The translations under genes and the position numbers were made by a program. A model generated the notes under the pieces. The model did no database searches and had not been told where the DNA came from. It was given only the letters and a program-made list of their open reading frames with translations. Of a DNA stretch of 64,000 bases, positions 1 through 12,276 are shown piece by piece. The stretch's first letter is position 1. Every line of letters starts with the position of its first letter. Where the stretch lies: positions 62,001 through 126,000 of the forward strand of contig CDMY01000821.1 of NCBI GenBank assembly GCA_001179505.1. Reading direction: 5' to 3'. Origin of the DNA: Vitrella brassicaformis CCMP3155 (taxonomy: Eukaryota; Protista; Chromerida).

Positions 1-3000
1 CTGTCGTCTTGTGTTGTGTGGATGCGACACAGGTCGTCTGGCGATTCGGTATGCATTCCTGAGCACGCTCGAGCGGCGGGCGACTGAGGCCGTCAACAGA
101 CACAGACTCGAAACATGCCACACACATGACATCGGTACCTACGGCAATGAAATGCGCATGGCGCATGCGCCTTCATGCCATGCGTTGTGGGCCGGGTGTG
201 GTGTGTTCCATGGGTGTGTGTGTGTCCAGATGACAATGCAGCTCTGTTGCGGATACGCGACAAAGTCAATCACGTATGTGCATGGCGTGCGTGGGCAGCA
301 ACTGATGGAACCTCTTGTTTGGACACGTGTGTGTGTGTGTTTTGTGGCTGTGTGCGTGTGTGTGTGCAGGATGGTGGCGACTCGTGCCCCATCCGCTCGA
401 TGCCTGAATACACCAAGGCCTACGGACTGCACAAACACGTAACGACACCCCACCTTTAGCCATCATGGCCATAGGTAGCGTGAATCCGTGTGCGTGTTTG
501 TTTGCTTGTTTGTTTGTGTGCAGAACGGCGCTGTGAGCGGCATCGAGAGGGCGTTGCAGGAGTGCATGGACGAGCTGTGGAGAGACGAGGTGCGGATGGG
601 AGCACGTCAACATGCCTTGGAATGTATGTTTCAATGTGTGTGGGTATTGCTGTGCGTGTGTGTGTGTGTGTTCAGTGGGTGCTCGGGGCCCAGTGCAGCG
701 TTTACGTGAGCAGCCAGAAGGTGGCCGACGTGTGTGTGGGGCAGTGCGGGCCGCTCGATCCAATGCCCGTCAGACCAGGTAGGTCAACCCACACACACCT
801 TACGCACACACACATACGTACACCTACGTGTTGTGAATGAGTCTGCTCGTGCGTGTGCAGATACGGTCTTCAACACATTCAGCGTGACCAAGGCCATAGG
901 GGCGACAGCTGTGCTGCAGCTGGTCGACCGCAACGTCATCCACCTCGATACAAAAATTGCCGACATCTGGTGAAAGCCTGCGGTGTTGCACACTCATACC
1001 ACACACGGCGTTGGTATGAACGGTTTGTATAGGCCCGGGTTCGGTCAAAACGGCAAGGAGAACATCACTGTCGCGCAGGCACTCGCACACACGGCTGGTG
1101 GGTGGGTGGGGGGGCTGGTGGGTATGCACGTGTCACTCACTCATTGCTGTCATTCTATGCTGTTGTGGGACTTAAGGTCTGTACCACCTGATCCCGCCCA
1201 ACATGACGACGAGCAAGCTGTGTGACTTCAACCTCATGGCACACGAGATCGCCAAAGCCAAACCTCTCCACGAACCGGGAACACGACAGGCACGTATCCA
1301 TCGTATGCTATGTACGTCTCGTCCAGTCCACTCCCCCTTTCATTTATGTTATGTTATCGGCGGTGCAGGTGTATCACTACATCACCTACGGCTGGCTCAT
1401 TGGCGGCATCATCCAACATGCACTCCAAACCACCACCGACACCCACACCGACACCCAGTCCACAGGCACCGCCGCAAAGGACCACCACCAACAGGACGGC
1501 GGGTACGGTACCTTCACACAGATGCATGCGCAACCAACCCACAGCATATAGCCATCCCGCCTCCCTCCCCCGTGTGCAGGTCGATCGTGTCTTGCTTCGT
1601 CCGTAATTCGATTGCTGCGCCGCTGGGTTTGGCTGATGAGCTCATCGTGGGCCTCACACCGGACGTCATGGCCAGAAGGGGTGAGTGAGTCAGCCAGATG
1701 GATGGATGGATGGATGGGTGCATGATAGGCATGTACGCACACACGTCTGTGTTCTTGGGTGTGCAGGCAAGGTGGCGAGTCTGCACAAGCCTCCGTCCAC
1801 AACAGTCAGCGAACAGGTGGGTGCGCCGCGCCGCGCCCTGGTCAAGTCACGTGTGTGCGCTCTGTGTCTATCGGCATGTGTCTGTGTCTGTGTCTGTGTA
1901 GGAGGTGGAGAGCGCTATAGAGCGGCTGGAGGACACACTACAGGACGGAGAGGGCGGCACCAAGGAAACGTACACAGACAGACAGACAGACAGTAGGAAG
2001 ACGCCCACCCCCTTTCATCATCTTTATTCCGATGGTGTGTCATCGCAGCAGTGATGCGTCGCAGCTGTTTTCTCGCCTCGCCGGGCCGCTGCTCAAAGAG
2101 CTCAGCGGGTGGGCACTGACGAGGACATCACACGCATAACGAGAGCACACTGGCTGAACGACTCCCGCCCTGTGTGCTTGATTGATTCAGTCGGGAGCAT
2201 CTGCTCGACCCGCACCTATTCGACAACAAACAAGTCAAACAGGCCTGCATCCTCGCCGTAAGCTTGCTACACCGTCCACAGTCACACAGCACACAGCACC
2301 TACACGCACAGACACCACACACAGTTGTGTGTTTGTCTGTAGGCGAACGGCCACTGCTCTGCCCGGGCGCTCGCCAAGTTGTTCAGGTAACCAGCTGTGG
2401 GTGCGTGGGGTGACGTACAAGAAGCCATGCCATTCCATGCATTCATGTGTGTGCGTGTGTGTGTGTGTGTGTATGTCAGTGCATTGGGTCACGGTGATGT
2501 GATCCGATCGCCCGACCTGATGGCAATGGCCACACGACGATGGAACCCACAGCCTACCGCCGGCAACAACTGCGATCAGGGCGAGCAGGTGAGCATGGAC
2601 TGACGTGATATCCTATCCCTGTGCGTTGGTTGGCACATGTGTGTGTGCCAATGATATGATTGGTGCATACACACCATACATACAGGATCGCCCCCCATTG
2701 GAGGATGCATTGGCGTCTCCCTTCGAGCAGACGGAGGACAACAAGCTCGTCATACAGCAAATGGGCCTCGGTACGCCATCACATCCAGATTGGCAACCTC
2801 CCTCTTGCGAGAGATGAATGCTGTGTTGTGTTGTGTTGTGCTGTGTTGTGCTGTGTGTAGGGGTCTTCGTGTTTGGGTTCAAGCTGAGGCAGGTGGGGTC
2901 GGGTGAAGTGTGGCAATACGTGCGCCCATCCGTCCCTGGTGAAGTCCGTCCATCCATCCGTCCGGGTGGACGATACCTGCACGCATATGGACACGCAGGT

Positions 3001-3609
3001 GAGCTGAGCGAAGGAAGGACGTCACATAGATCCACAGGGGGGCAACTCCCACATCATTCCATTCCTTCCGGTCTGTCTATTTGTCACAATTGTGTGCATA
3101 CCATCTTATTCATTCCTTCCACAGGTCTCAATGGGTGCCTCGCCCTGTACATACCGGTGGGCGCAGTGAGTGCATATGATCTGATCTGATCTGATCATCA
3201 TGCCATGCCGACCGACAGCATGGTTATGCACACTTTACTGGATGTGTGTGCCTTACATGTGTATCTCATCATCAATCAATCAGGCGCTCGAGGTGTCGTT
3301 CGCCTTCTGTCACAACAACGTTCCCGAGATGGTATACAAATGCAACCAACAGTCAGTGTGTATGGTATGTACGGATGTGTGTGTAATGTAATGTCTGTGT
3401 GCGGTGCGCCCCAGAGCGAGCCGAGTGCAGCACTCGGATCCCTCTACCCCGCCATAAGGAGCCTTGCCAGGGTGTGCGAGCAACTCGGTACGCACATTCA
3501 TTCTCAGCTGCTGGTACAGGGCAGTGGTCATCTGAGTGTGTGTGTGCATTGCGTTGCAGGCGTCCCTTTGGAGATCCTTGACGCGTTCGGTCAATCGGAC
3601 AGCGACTGA
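1..3609 (+). CDS. Beta-lactamase-family serine hydrolase domain protein, multi-exon, 5'-partial; resembles the C-terminal domain of plant ABC1/AarF kinase-beta-lactamase fusions
   Basis: Spliced exons give LGAQCSVYV..DPMPVRP-DTVFNTFSVTKAIGATAVLQLVD (SxxK), IWPGFGQNGKENITVAQALAHTAG, PGTRQ-VYHYITYGWLIGGII, ANGHCSARALAKLF and YGHAG. The last exon GVPLEILDAFGQSDSD* ends at 3609. The upstream kinase fusion is inference only, as it would lie outside the window. Confidence 0.85.
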
Positions 3610-4179
3610 TTGAAGGGGCTGGGCTGCAATGAGCGCATTGTGATCCGTCTGTCTATCCAGACATACATGCAGCGAACACACGGTGAAGTGGTCGTCTGTG
3701 TGAGTGCGAGTGCTGCGTGTTGTGTGTGTGGCGACGGCACCGACTTGTGTGGGGCCAAAGGCCCTCTGGCAGTCTGTCTGTCTGCCTGTCTGTTGTGTGT
3801 TGTCGATATGGATGGATGGATGGATGGATCGCCAGCCGACTGTCCTGTCCTGGCTGGGTGTGCATGTGATGTGCATACAAGACGCCAGCCCGACTTTTGT
3901 ACGTGTCGCCTGCCTGCCTGCCTGCCTCTGACAAGCTCTTGTCTTGCTGTCTACATGCCAATCAGCCACATATTCATTCATCACAGACAGCTCCACATAC
4001 CTCAGTCAATGACGTCTCTCTCTCGGACACACAAATTTAAGCCACCCACCACACGGCGATACGTATACTCAAGACATACAAAGCAACCAAGTCCTTACTT
4101 AGGCACACATCGATCAATCACTCATACGCATCAGTACCTACATTCATCGATGACCGAGAGAGCCCTCAATTCAATCAAT

Positions 4180-6335
4180 TCAGTGCACCCTGGCGATTGT
4201 GCCGGCCGTCCACCCGCTGACGCCATATGCAGGCAACCCGCTGCTGCGGCGGCGTGTGGGGGTGGTGGGCACCGAGGGCGGCGGAGTGAAGTGTTCATAG
4301 GCGTACGAGGGACGGAACTCCACACAGGGCGAGGGAGGCACTCCCAGATCATCGATCGTGGGGGGGCCAGGCCGCTCAGCAGTGACAAGACCCTCCACCT
4401 CCTGATCTTGTGCTTGGCCCTCCTCCTCCTCCTCCTCCTCCTCCTCCTTCTCTTCCTGCTCATCGTCTTCCCCTCCCTCATTGTTCTCTCCCTCCCGTTC
4501 CTCTCCCAGCCCCTCTCTCTGCTGCGTTTCCTGCTCCTCGTCGTCATGTCTCACCGGTGTCGGCGGGCCAGGCGTCCTCATGAACAGCGGGTGGGCACCT
4601 TTGTAGGGATCATCCACCACTGATGAAGCCGGCCCCGTTGCTGCTGCAGTAGCTGCAGCAGCGGTTGCTAGCTGCACACGGTCAGCAAATGTGTGCGGGG
4701 GTGCTGGGCGCTTCGACGGCCGGAAGGGCAAAGCCCCGCTAGAGAGGAAGAGCGGATGCACGTGGTAAGCCGTCGGCGGGCCCGGGCGCTTCTTCATCTC
4801 GAATCTTCTGTCCATTTCAGCTGCTGTCTCAGCTTGCGAAAGCTGCGCGGGGTCTGCATGCACCAGCCAGTCGCAGTTGACCGGTGCGATGTGGCCGTAG
4901 AACAGCCGCTTCTGGGGCCTGTCCGGACCGGTGAACGACTCTTCATAGGGGATGTTGCTGCCTCGCTGCAGCTGGCTGGCAAATACTGGGTTGGCCCGTG
5001 GGGGCGGCGAGTGGGGAGGCGGATGGAAATACGGGTTGGGCGGGAAGATGCGCTTGGCGGGCCGATATTTGACCGGCGGGCCGTTGCAGACCGCCTCGCG
5101 GAACTCTGCGCTCTCGATCTGGTTGCTGCGGTCCTTGCTTTTCTTCTTTTGCTGAGTGAAACAAGGCAAAGAGGGAGACAGACAGACAGACAGACACGGG
5201 ATTCGATTCAGGCATAGCTCGTGTCTCGTTGGTTTGGTTACAGTGGGGATGAAGTGTTCCATGCCCCGGAACCCCATTGCCGGAGTCCTCCTCCCCCCAA
5301 TGAGATCTGGGAACGACTGCTGGTACCCGTGAGTGCCAGGCTCAGGGCACAGCCGCTTCATGCGAGCGCCGACCTCGCTCTGCCAGTGTCGGTGCAGCTC
5401 AAACTCTCGACGGAGTCTCTGCTCCAGCCACTCTTGGTAGGCCTGCTCCTCATCTTCGGCTCCCCGCAGGCGCGTGTCCTTCGGGGGCTGCATGTCGTAC
5501 GGGTGGTGGTAGTGGGAGGGAGGGTGGTCGGGCTTCGGACCGACTCCTCGGATCTTGCCGTAATAGACCTCGCCTGCGTCTGTGGTCCGAATCGACAGAC
5601 AGCACAGCACAGCAGCCAGCCAGCCACATTGACGAGGTCAGGCATGTCTGTCCAGGTGCACCTACTTGTGCATGGGATGATGCGTCCCTTCTGCTCCCAT
5701 GGATAGGCCGGTGGACGCCTCCGGGAAACCGACGCCGAGCGAATGCCCCCCTGCCAACGAACACATGGCAGCGGTGGGGGTGCTGACACACTCACTCAGT
5801 CATTACGAGTGTCCGAGGGTCATCTGGAGGGCACAAGGCGAATGGAGGGCTGGCAATGTCCCGACTGACGATCAACGGACTGGCGGCCTGATGTATCGCC
5901 GCAACACAGAGAGAGTGTGAAACATTGATTCGTGTTGGGCTCCCTCCCTACCCGCAGCTGTCTGTGCTCCCTCCCCTCCCGCCAGTCGGATGGCTGTCCG
6001 GCAGGCTGCAACCCACTCCCAGAGGGCACAATGCTGTGTGCATGGCCCTCCTTTGCAGTGGGTACGAACCGGTTGTCTGAGCACTCTGAAGAGGTATTCA
6101 TTCTCGGGCGTTATCCACTGCTCATACCCAATGGGACTCTGCAAAGAACACCACAAGGGGCTCGGCAATGCACTGCCTCTACTATTGTGTGCGTGTCCTT
6201 CTTTCCGGCCCTCCCTCCCCCTACAGGTCGTCTGGGTCTGACGGGTCCTCCTGCAGTGGGGGATGGGCCCGTGCCCAAGTCTGCCACGGTTGGTCTTCGT
6301 TTGGGCCGCAGCCCCTCGTCGCGCAGAACCACCAT
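4180..6335 (-). CDS. Hypothetical Pro-rich protein, multi-exon, with a poly-Glu tract; 5' end approximate
   Basis: 476-aa ORF 4180-5610 with one in-frame microsatellite intron (about 5160-5200). Further GT-AG-bounded exons lie upstream, e.g. SPIGYEQWITPENEYLFRVLRQP. No domain recognised. Confidence 0.55.
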
Positions 6336-6426
6336 CACCTGGGTGCCTCGAAATGGGGGCCGTGGGGGCGAGACTGCGAGCTGGGAGTTCTCGCATTCTC
6401 CATCCAGAGGCCCAGAAAAAAGGAAA

Positions 6427-8325
6427 ATGTCGCACCACGGATCAGTGGACGAGACCCCTCAGTACGAGGGAGGCAGGCCGAGACCGGTAGGAGGAAAATG
6501 GAACAATGACGTGTAGTGCATTTATGTTCGTGTCTGTGGTCAGAGCTTCGGGCTGAGTCGTGCAGGGCCAGACGCCGGAGAGGTGTCAACCCTGAAAGAG
6601 AGAATCGAAACACTCTCAAGGGAAAACAGGTATGCCTAGAGGTGTGTGTCCCCATGTTTGTACTTACGGATTCATGTGTGTGGATGCAGCACGTTGAAAG
6701 AAGAGAACACGACTCTGAATGCGCTCAAGGCGCAGAGGGAGAAAGGTCAGCAACACACACACCGATTGCCCGGCCATTCATTCATGTGAAGTGTGTTCTT
6801 GCTTTGATGTCTGTCTGCAGAGATGGAGGACATGTTGGTGCTGATCCGTGAGAAGCAGAGCAAGGTGGATGAGGTTAACAACAAAGTCAAGCTGCTGCAA
6901 GAGCAACTCGACCAATGCGAGGCCGAACTCAGAAAGGGAACAGGTGCACCTGCCTGCACACACCCAGTAATGAATGCATTGATGCGTGTACGCGAGTTCT
7001 CATTGGCTCTGTGTATGTAGGGAGACTGCCATCGTACAAGTCGCTCGAGAACCTGGACGAGGCCGGGGAGCATATGACCCCCCTCAAAGCGGCGCAAAAC
7101 GAGATTCAGAGATGTAAAGAGGTCATCGCCGAGCAGAAGGAGACCCTACAGGTACGCCTTATCAGCAAGTCCTCCAGGCAAATGTGCCTATTCAACATAC
7201 CCGCAGAGCCTCCGGGAACAAATCGAGGCCTTGGAAACCGCCAAGAATCGGCTCAAGGTCTGTGGTCGATTGCTTGCAAGAACAGCAGTGGGCGACACAC
7301 ATCAAGCGCTGTTGTCTGTCTTTGTCAGGCGAGCGAGCGTGCGTTGTCGATGCGGCTGCTGTCGGTCAAGGAGGAAAGAGATCGGCTCATGCAGGACCTC
7401 GAGACTGCTCAGGAATCCCTCGGCTTCGCCGCAAAGAAGGTCAGGCAAGCTTATAGACAGGGCCTGTCTATATGATGTCTCTGATCCCCTGTGCAGGCGC
7501 AGCAATACCGGACCAAGCTCATTGAAGTCACACAGAGAGAGACACATACAAAGGGCAACGGCGGCATCTGGCCGGCCACATCACATTATGTCTCCCTCTT
7601 TCTGTGTGTAGGTGATGAACTACGTCAAGGACCAGGAGGCCAGCCTGACCAGGATGCAGACTATCAAGGCAGCCAAGACAGCTGAACTGGGGGATGAAAG
7701 CCAGAGAGACGCAGAGGGACAGCCAGAGGAGAAACCCACTGAACAGCCATCCCACAAGAGAGAAGAAGCCACGGAGCCGCCCGTGGAGCCTGCCCAGCCG
7801 CCCCCGGCCCCACCAGCTCGTGAGCCTTCCGCGCTGCTTCGGTCGCTGTCGTGTTCCCTCCGCCGGCCCCGCAAGATGCCCTTCGACGAGTCGGCCTATG
7901 TGCAGGCGCCGACGCTGCGACTCAAGTGGCAGTTACCGAAGGACCTCAAGCAACAGGAGGCAGAAACGAGGAACGAAGAGGCCCCTGTGCAGAGAGAGAG
8001 CGAGAGGAACCTGTACAGGCCTGCTGCCCTGCTGCCGTCCCCTTCTTACCCGATGCAGAAGCAGCAGCAGCAGCAACAGCAGCAGCCGTATCTGAAGCAA
8101 TCGGTGAGCCTGTCTGCCCTGCATGCTGCCACCCGACTCCCTCTCAACTACTATGCAGCACCACCCCCCGCCATGACGCCTGTCCCATACATCCCCGCCA
8201 CGCCCACGTATGTGTTTCGACGCCCCCGCCAGCCGCGCAAGCACACGAAGCCGGCGGCTGCCGAGACGAGCGTGGAGGGCATTCAATGCCTGGGTTTGTG
8301 TCAGCCGACCAAATGCAGCCGATAG
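6427..8325 (+). CDS. Hypothetical coiled-coil protein with a Pro/Gln-rich C-terminus
   Basis: In-phase exons STLKERIETLSRENR / EMEDMLVLIREKQSKVDEVNNKVKLLQEQLDQCEAELRK / AAQNEIQRCKEVIAEQKETLQ / SVKEERDRLMQDLETAQE. The long last exon runs 7612-8325. Confidence 0.65.
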
Positions 8326-8998
8326 ATGGATGGACGATGTATAATGGCGATGCCTGCCAGGTTGTGCAGTCAGTCAGTGTGGCGTATATATATAGGACAT
8401 GGGTCGTGAATGAATGGAGTTTGTGGCGTCCCATCGGTCTGTCTGCCTCTGAAGGATGGATGCATGGATGGATTGGTGGATGGCTGACTCATGTCATGTA
8501 TGGTGTGGGTGGGGGGGTTGAGTGAAACGCTGGTTGCATTGCAGGGGCATGTGGATTAAATCAAATCGCCATGTGTGCACTGTCCGTGCATCCATCCATC
8601 CATCCATCCACCCACCCACCCACCCATGCACATGTGATGTCCGCGAACCGAAACCGGCCTGTCGGTAGATGCCATGCCGACACCACTACATCGATGCCGT
8701 ACGTACGTATGTACGTGTACCCTCACTGCATACAGAATGACCATACAAACAACCAGGGATGCCTCGCACCACCCACCCCACCCGCATACAAGACAGACGG
8801 CTGCCACGTGTGCTGAGCACGGCAGGCAGGCAGGCATACATGAATGGGGGAGGAACACCCACCATATCCATATCCACACACTCATACAGACACTGCTGCA
8901 GTCATACCAAAAAAGCCCTTCATCCAGGGGACAAAACTACCCCACAGCGAAGAAAGAGAGAGAGCAAAAGCGCCAGGGACGTAGGAAGGGATGCGTGT

Positions 8999-11494
8999 CT
9001 ACATGAGCATATCTTCCCATGGGAAGACCACTTGCACAAGTTTCCGCACCGGCCACCATGCCAGGAAGGTGGCCCCTTCGCGAACCACCAGCGGCATCAA
9101 AATCCTCGCACCCTCGTGCAGCAACTGCATACACACATACACATCCACATACACATACACACACACACTCAGGACCATCCCTTGCTGGCTTTGCGTGCCT
9201 GATATGTGTGCGAGAGTGTGGAGGGGATGTTGATGAGCTTCAGCGGCCTCCCGATGCCCTGCACCAGGGCCTCTTTGACGGCATAGAACACCACCAGCGT
9301 GAAGTGCACCGCCAGGATCTCAGGCTTGGGCGTCAGACCCGCCAGCAAACCTGCAATGCCACCCACAAACAGACAGGCCAGACGTCTCTGAAATCCTCCC
9401 CCTCCCTCCCTCCCTCCCTCCAGCTGTTTCACTCACTCACCGATAGGTCCAGCGGTGCACGCGCCGCCCTTGTCGAGGTAGTCGAAGCACGCGGCCTGCA
9501 GCTTGCGCCGTACCGCCTTCTTGGGCCCCTCTGGCGTCGTGAACACTGCATGCAACGCGTTGGCCAACACGTTCAGGGTGGACGCGTGCTCGCGGCGGAG
9601 GCTGCGTGGATGCACAACACGACACACACACACACACACACGCACACAATACCACGGTAGTGAAGTTCTTTCAGTATGACAGACATATACGGATCATTCT
9701 TACGTACGCGTAGAAGTTCTTCTGTATGCGTAAGAGCTGCTGGGGGTCATTCAGGTCGGCGTGCGACAGCAGCTGGCACAACAGATCCATATCTCTGCGC
9801 ACATCCAACCCACACGAACGGCGAGTCGCATGAATGAAGGCATCTTCCTTCTATCGTTTCTGCATCCATTGTCTCCCTGGCCCTGCAGACAGACCACTTA
9901 CTTGAGGCACACGGTCATGCCGCAGCCCGTCAGCGCATGGCGCATGTTCAGGGCGTCTCCGAGGGCCACCACGCCGCCCTTCACAGGACACCGCGCCTCG
10001 TACCTGTAGGTGTTCTTGGTCGCCAGCCCGTCGCTATTCATCCCCTCCACCCGGCACACACCCTCCCCATTCCCCTCTCCGTCACTCCTCTGCTCTCGCA
10101 GTGCCCGCAGAAACAACGGCCGCACCGACGCGGGAAGCTGGGGCGCGATGGTCTCCTCCGCATATCGCCTGTAGTCGGTGACATCGCCGTCGATGCACAC
10201 CAGGGCGCGTGTGTCGGTGGGTGAGATCTGGTAGAGCAGCAGGGGGGAGGGGTCGGTCAAGACGACGTGGCCGCACCCAGGGTGCGGCAGGGGGGTGCTG
10301 TGGGGCTCGTGCTTGAGCAGCAGGCCCACCCACGTCGACACCTTCTGCGGACGGTGGCCGGACGTGTAGGCTTTCCGCAGCGGCCCCGCCGTCCCGCCGT
10401 CGCACATGCACGTCAACGGAGCGAGTGCGCGGCGCCTCGCTGCCGGGCTGACTTTGCCGTGTTCGTCTACGGGTGCATACTCCACTCCTATCACAGCCGA
10501 TTTGTCTTCCAGCAGATGGGTCACCTGGGCGTGGCCGACCGACACATTGGAATGGTGCCGAGCCGTCTCCCGCAGCCGCTGCACGAACCTCCCGTTGTGG
10601 AAGCAGAAGCCCTGGGGCGCGCCCGTCGTGTCCACCTTGGCAGCGTCGGTCTGTGGTTGTTGGTCTGGTCGTGCCGCGGCGCTGTTGCTAGTGGCGGTGC
10701 TGGTGGTGTCCTTTTGGTTGAGCGGGATGAAGCCGAAGTACTCCTTGATGCCCGCAGGGTCGTGTGAGGGGTACCACAGCAGAGTCTCGCGGCCCCCTGA
10801 GGTGCTCGTGTCCGACGCCTGGCTGCATGTGTCGGTCGTCGAGTCTTCCGTATCTGCCGCAGTCGCGTCGCTGGAGCTCCTCGGTGAAGCGGGAAGGATC
10901 ACCGCATAACCTGATACATTGATTTGTGGGTGGGTGAAACAAACAACACATCCAGAGACCACTGATGATGCCTCTGTCACTTGCAGGCACCTGAGGATGG
11001 CACGGCACCGATGTCCTCTTTGACGCACTGGTCCAGCCGATACTTTTCGAGCACGCGCATGCCACCCGGCTGCATGTACTCCCCCACAATGCGCTGCTGC
11101 TCGCCCCAGCTCTTGTCCAGCAGAAGCACGTGCCGCCCTGACTGACCCAGGGCAGTTGCGAGAGCCGCACCAGCAGTGCCTGAACGACCAGCAGCAGAGC
11201 AGCAACAGGACCGAGATCAGGTGCGCAGATCCAGCCAGTCGCACGCACGTACGTACCTGCACCGACAATTATGACATCATAGCGCTCGTCCGAGTGGGAC
11301 TCCTCCAGTGAATTCCCTTTGGCGTTGCTGCCGCACACTCTCTGCCGCCGCTGAGCCACAGCCCGTGCTGATTCGGCTGCGCCGCTCGTATTGCTTGTGC
11401 GTCTGCTACTCATGAGCCGGGCGGCAGCGAGGGCCGTGACTACAACGAAACCAACGGCAGCGAACATCCAGGCCATCTCATCCAAAGCAAACAT
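8999..11494 (-). CDS. SQLE: Squalene monooxygenase (squalene epoxidase), conventional FAD-dependent type, multi-exon
   Basis: N-terminal TM helix, YDVIIVGAG, RIVGEYMQPGG, SGYAV, GFCFHNGRFVQRLR, CDG, GHVVL.DPSPLLLYQIS, GDALNMRHALTGCGMTV, STLNVLANALHAVF, ACFDYLDKGG..GPIGLLAGL and hydrophobic C-terminal helices. Stop at 8999-9001. Confidence 0.93.
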
Positions 11495-12276
11495 GCTGCT
11501 GAAATCTCGAAAATCACAAATGCCTGATGCGAAGGATGCGAGCTTAGCAATGGGAGCACTACGGGAGCTTTAACGTCGCTTGGCTTTTGTGTGTGTGTGT
11601 GTGTGTGTGTGTGCAGAAGTGCTCATCACTGCCCGGCAGATGCTGAAGCCTATGCGTTCAAGCGCGAGTAAGGGCAATGACGTCGTTTCTGGCTGTTTCA
11701 GGCACAAGAGAACTACTTTGGGCACTTTATATCGTGAAGATCGTCCTCTCTCTTGGAGTGGCGTAAGATGCGCTCCCTGACGCACCAGATAACTTGCTGG
11801 GCACGCGTGGCAGAAAAGACGTCTTGCGCAAGTAGAAAGAAGGGTCAGACACGGGGCAGAAGCAGAGGAGTAGTGATGCATGCGCACGCGGACGTGTGCA
11901 CGTGTTGGTGTCCAGCCTGTACACTCCAGGTACCAAGCGCAAGGTAGATGCCATCAACCCAGCGATCTCTGACTGAAATAGAACGTGCACGCAATTCTAC
12001 ATGCGGTGCATCCATCCATTGACTTCCCTTTTCTCTCTCTTCTCAGCTCGACGGCCTGGCGATTGACGTTCTCCTTCCCTCTGTGGGTGGGGCGTGCACA
12101 ATCTGTGTATGTATGTGCGGTCAGATCTTCATGTTGAGTCATTGTTTGACGTTAATGAACTCGACAAGTAGCAACTCAAGGTGGGTACCCACGTGCGTGC
12201 ATGCGTGCATGTGCGTGTGTATCGTGTGTGTGTTTGTTGACGCCCTGTACGCCCCACGTGCTGTCCGTGTGTGTAG

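Noticed and set aside
3610-4623. 337-aa plus-strand ORF with a poly-Leu 'TM' stretch
   Set aside because: It is intergenic microsatellite plus the antisense of the poly-Glu exon of the minus-strand gene.
9655-9682. Degenerate copy of the adjacent SQLE exon end inside an intron
   Set aside because: It is about 20 bp with indels and has no usable splice sites, so it is probably a trivial local slippage duplication.
11041-11070. QPGGM instead of QPGGY in SQLE read as loss of the catalytic Tyr
   Set aside because: The functionally important Tyr corresponds to the later (N/S)GY motif, which is present (SGYAV), and fungal enzymes also vary at the QPGGx position.
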